A DNA stretch of 64,000 nt from Planctomycetota bacterium (GTDB taxonomy: Bacteria > Planctomycetota > B15-G4). Shown here in pieces: positions 63,610-64,000 of this stretch; within the stretch, counting starts at the first letter, position 1; every line of letters begins with the position of its first letter. Below the pieces are notes generated by a model that was given only the letters and a program-made list of their open reading frames with translations, did no database searches and was not told the origin of the DNA. The stretch is taken from positions 8,623-72,622 of the forward strand of contig JAJDER010000013.1 in assembly GCA_029259725.1 (NCBI GenBank), written 5' to 3'. A program made the translations under genes and the position numbers.

Positions 63610-64000
63610 ATGTCCGAGTCCGCCACCCGCTGGCCCAGCGACATCGAGATCGCCCAGGCCGCCGTGCTGCAGCCCATTCGCGACATCGCGGCCCGGCTCG
63701 ACATCGACGAGGCGGACCTCGTCCCCTACGGGCATGACAAGGCCAAGGTCTCGCGGAGTCTGTTCACGCGCCTGGCCGACAAGCCCGACGGCAAGCTGGT
63801 GCTGGTCACGGCGATCAACCCGACCAAGGCGGGCGAGGGCAAGACGACGACCACGGTGGGGCTCGGCGACGCGCTCGCCCGGCTCGACCACCGCACGATG
63901 ATCTGCCTGCGCGAGCCGTCCCTGGGTCCGTGCTTCGGCATGAAGGGCGGCGCGGCGGGCGGCGGGCGCGCGCAGGTCGTGCCCATGGAGGACATCAACC
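63610..64000 (+). CDS. fhs: Formate--tetrahydrofolate ligase, 5' part (runs off the window)
   Basis: ATG 63610 (AGGAGAG 8 nt upstream). It is absent from the ORF track because the frame has no stop. My translation is [74 protein letters not shown], which are classic FTHFS motifs. Confidence 0.9.
   Translation, partial: MSESATRWPSDIEIAQAAVLQPIRDIAARLDIDEADLVPYGHDKAKVSRSLFTRLADKPDGKLVLVTAINPTKAGEGKTTTTVGLGDALARLDHRTMICLREPSLGPCFGMKGGAAGGGRAQVVPMEDIN

Overview
This is a 64-kb, gene-dense bacterial chromosomal segment. It is visibly GC-rich (roughly 70% by eye, not computed). I recognise no rRNA, tRNA or CRISPR array. The high GC creates many long Arg/Ala/Pro/Gly-rich shadow ORFs. I kept about 50 CDS, using recognisable motifs, realistic amino-acid composition, Shine-Dalgarno-like sequences and start/stop coupling; every revised start is in frame with the ORF track.

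Content:
(i) Housekeeping and envelope genes: gcdH, pyrG, kdsB, anmK, mtnP, msrB, the 5' end of fhs, a LysM protein, a GT4 glycosyltransferase and a DUF1844 protein.
(ii) An SPFH/zinc-ribbon membrane cluster, followed by two tandem paralogous orphan genes.
(iii) Many signal-peptide proteins that all end in the same unnamed ~70-90-aa C-terminal module. They are a metzincin, a purple-acid-phosphatase-like enzyme, an FG-GAP/VCBS protein, a PQQ-type sugar dehydrogenase, an orphan 624-aa protein and even a polytopic GT-C glycosyltransferase. An M4-like protease in the same neighbourhood carries a different tail.
(iv) Signalling genes: three ECF-type sigma factors with no recognisable anti-sigma partner, two Hanks-type Ser/Thr kinases (one TM plus periplasmic domain, one WD40) and two secreted TPR-CHAT (caspase-like) proteins.
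(v) A glycerol-1-phosphate-dehydrogenase / cytidylyltransferase / TagF-like glycerophosphotransferase operon next to a sulfotransferase-sigma pair.
(vi) One intact IS1380-family element with 16-bp IRs and a CTAG target duplication, inserted 15 nt upstream of msrB.

The repertoire (kdsB, ECF+STK pairs, WD40 kinase, sulfotransferases) suggests a diderm with a Planctomycetota/Myxococcota-like lifestyle. Taxonomy cannot be settled from the sequence alone.

My best candidate for an undescribed system is the shared C-terminal module (a cargo tag or anchor), together with the co-located secreted CHAT peptidases and ECF/STK regulators. Secondary candidates are the G1P-activating operon and the orphan paralogue pair.
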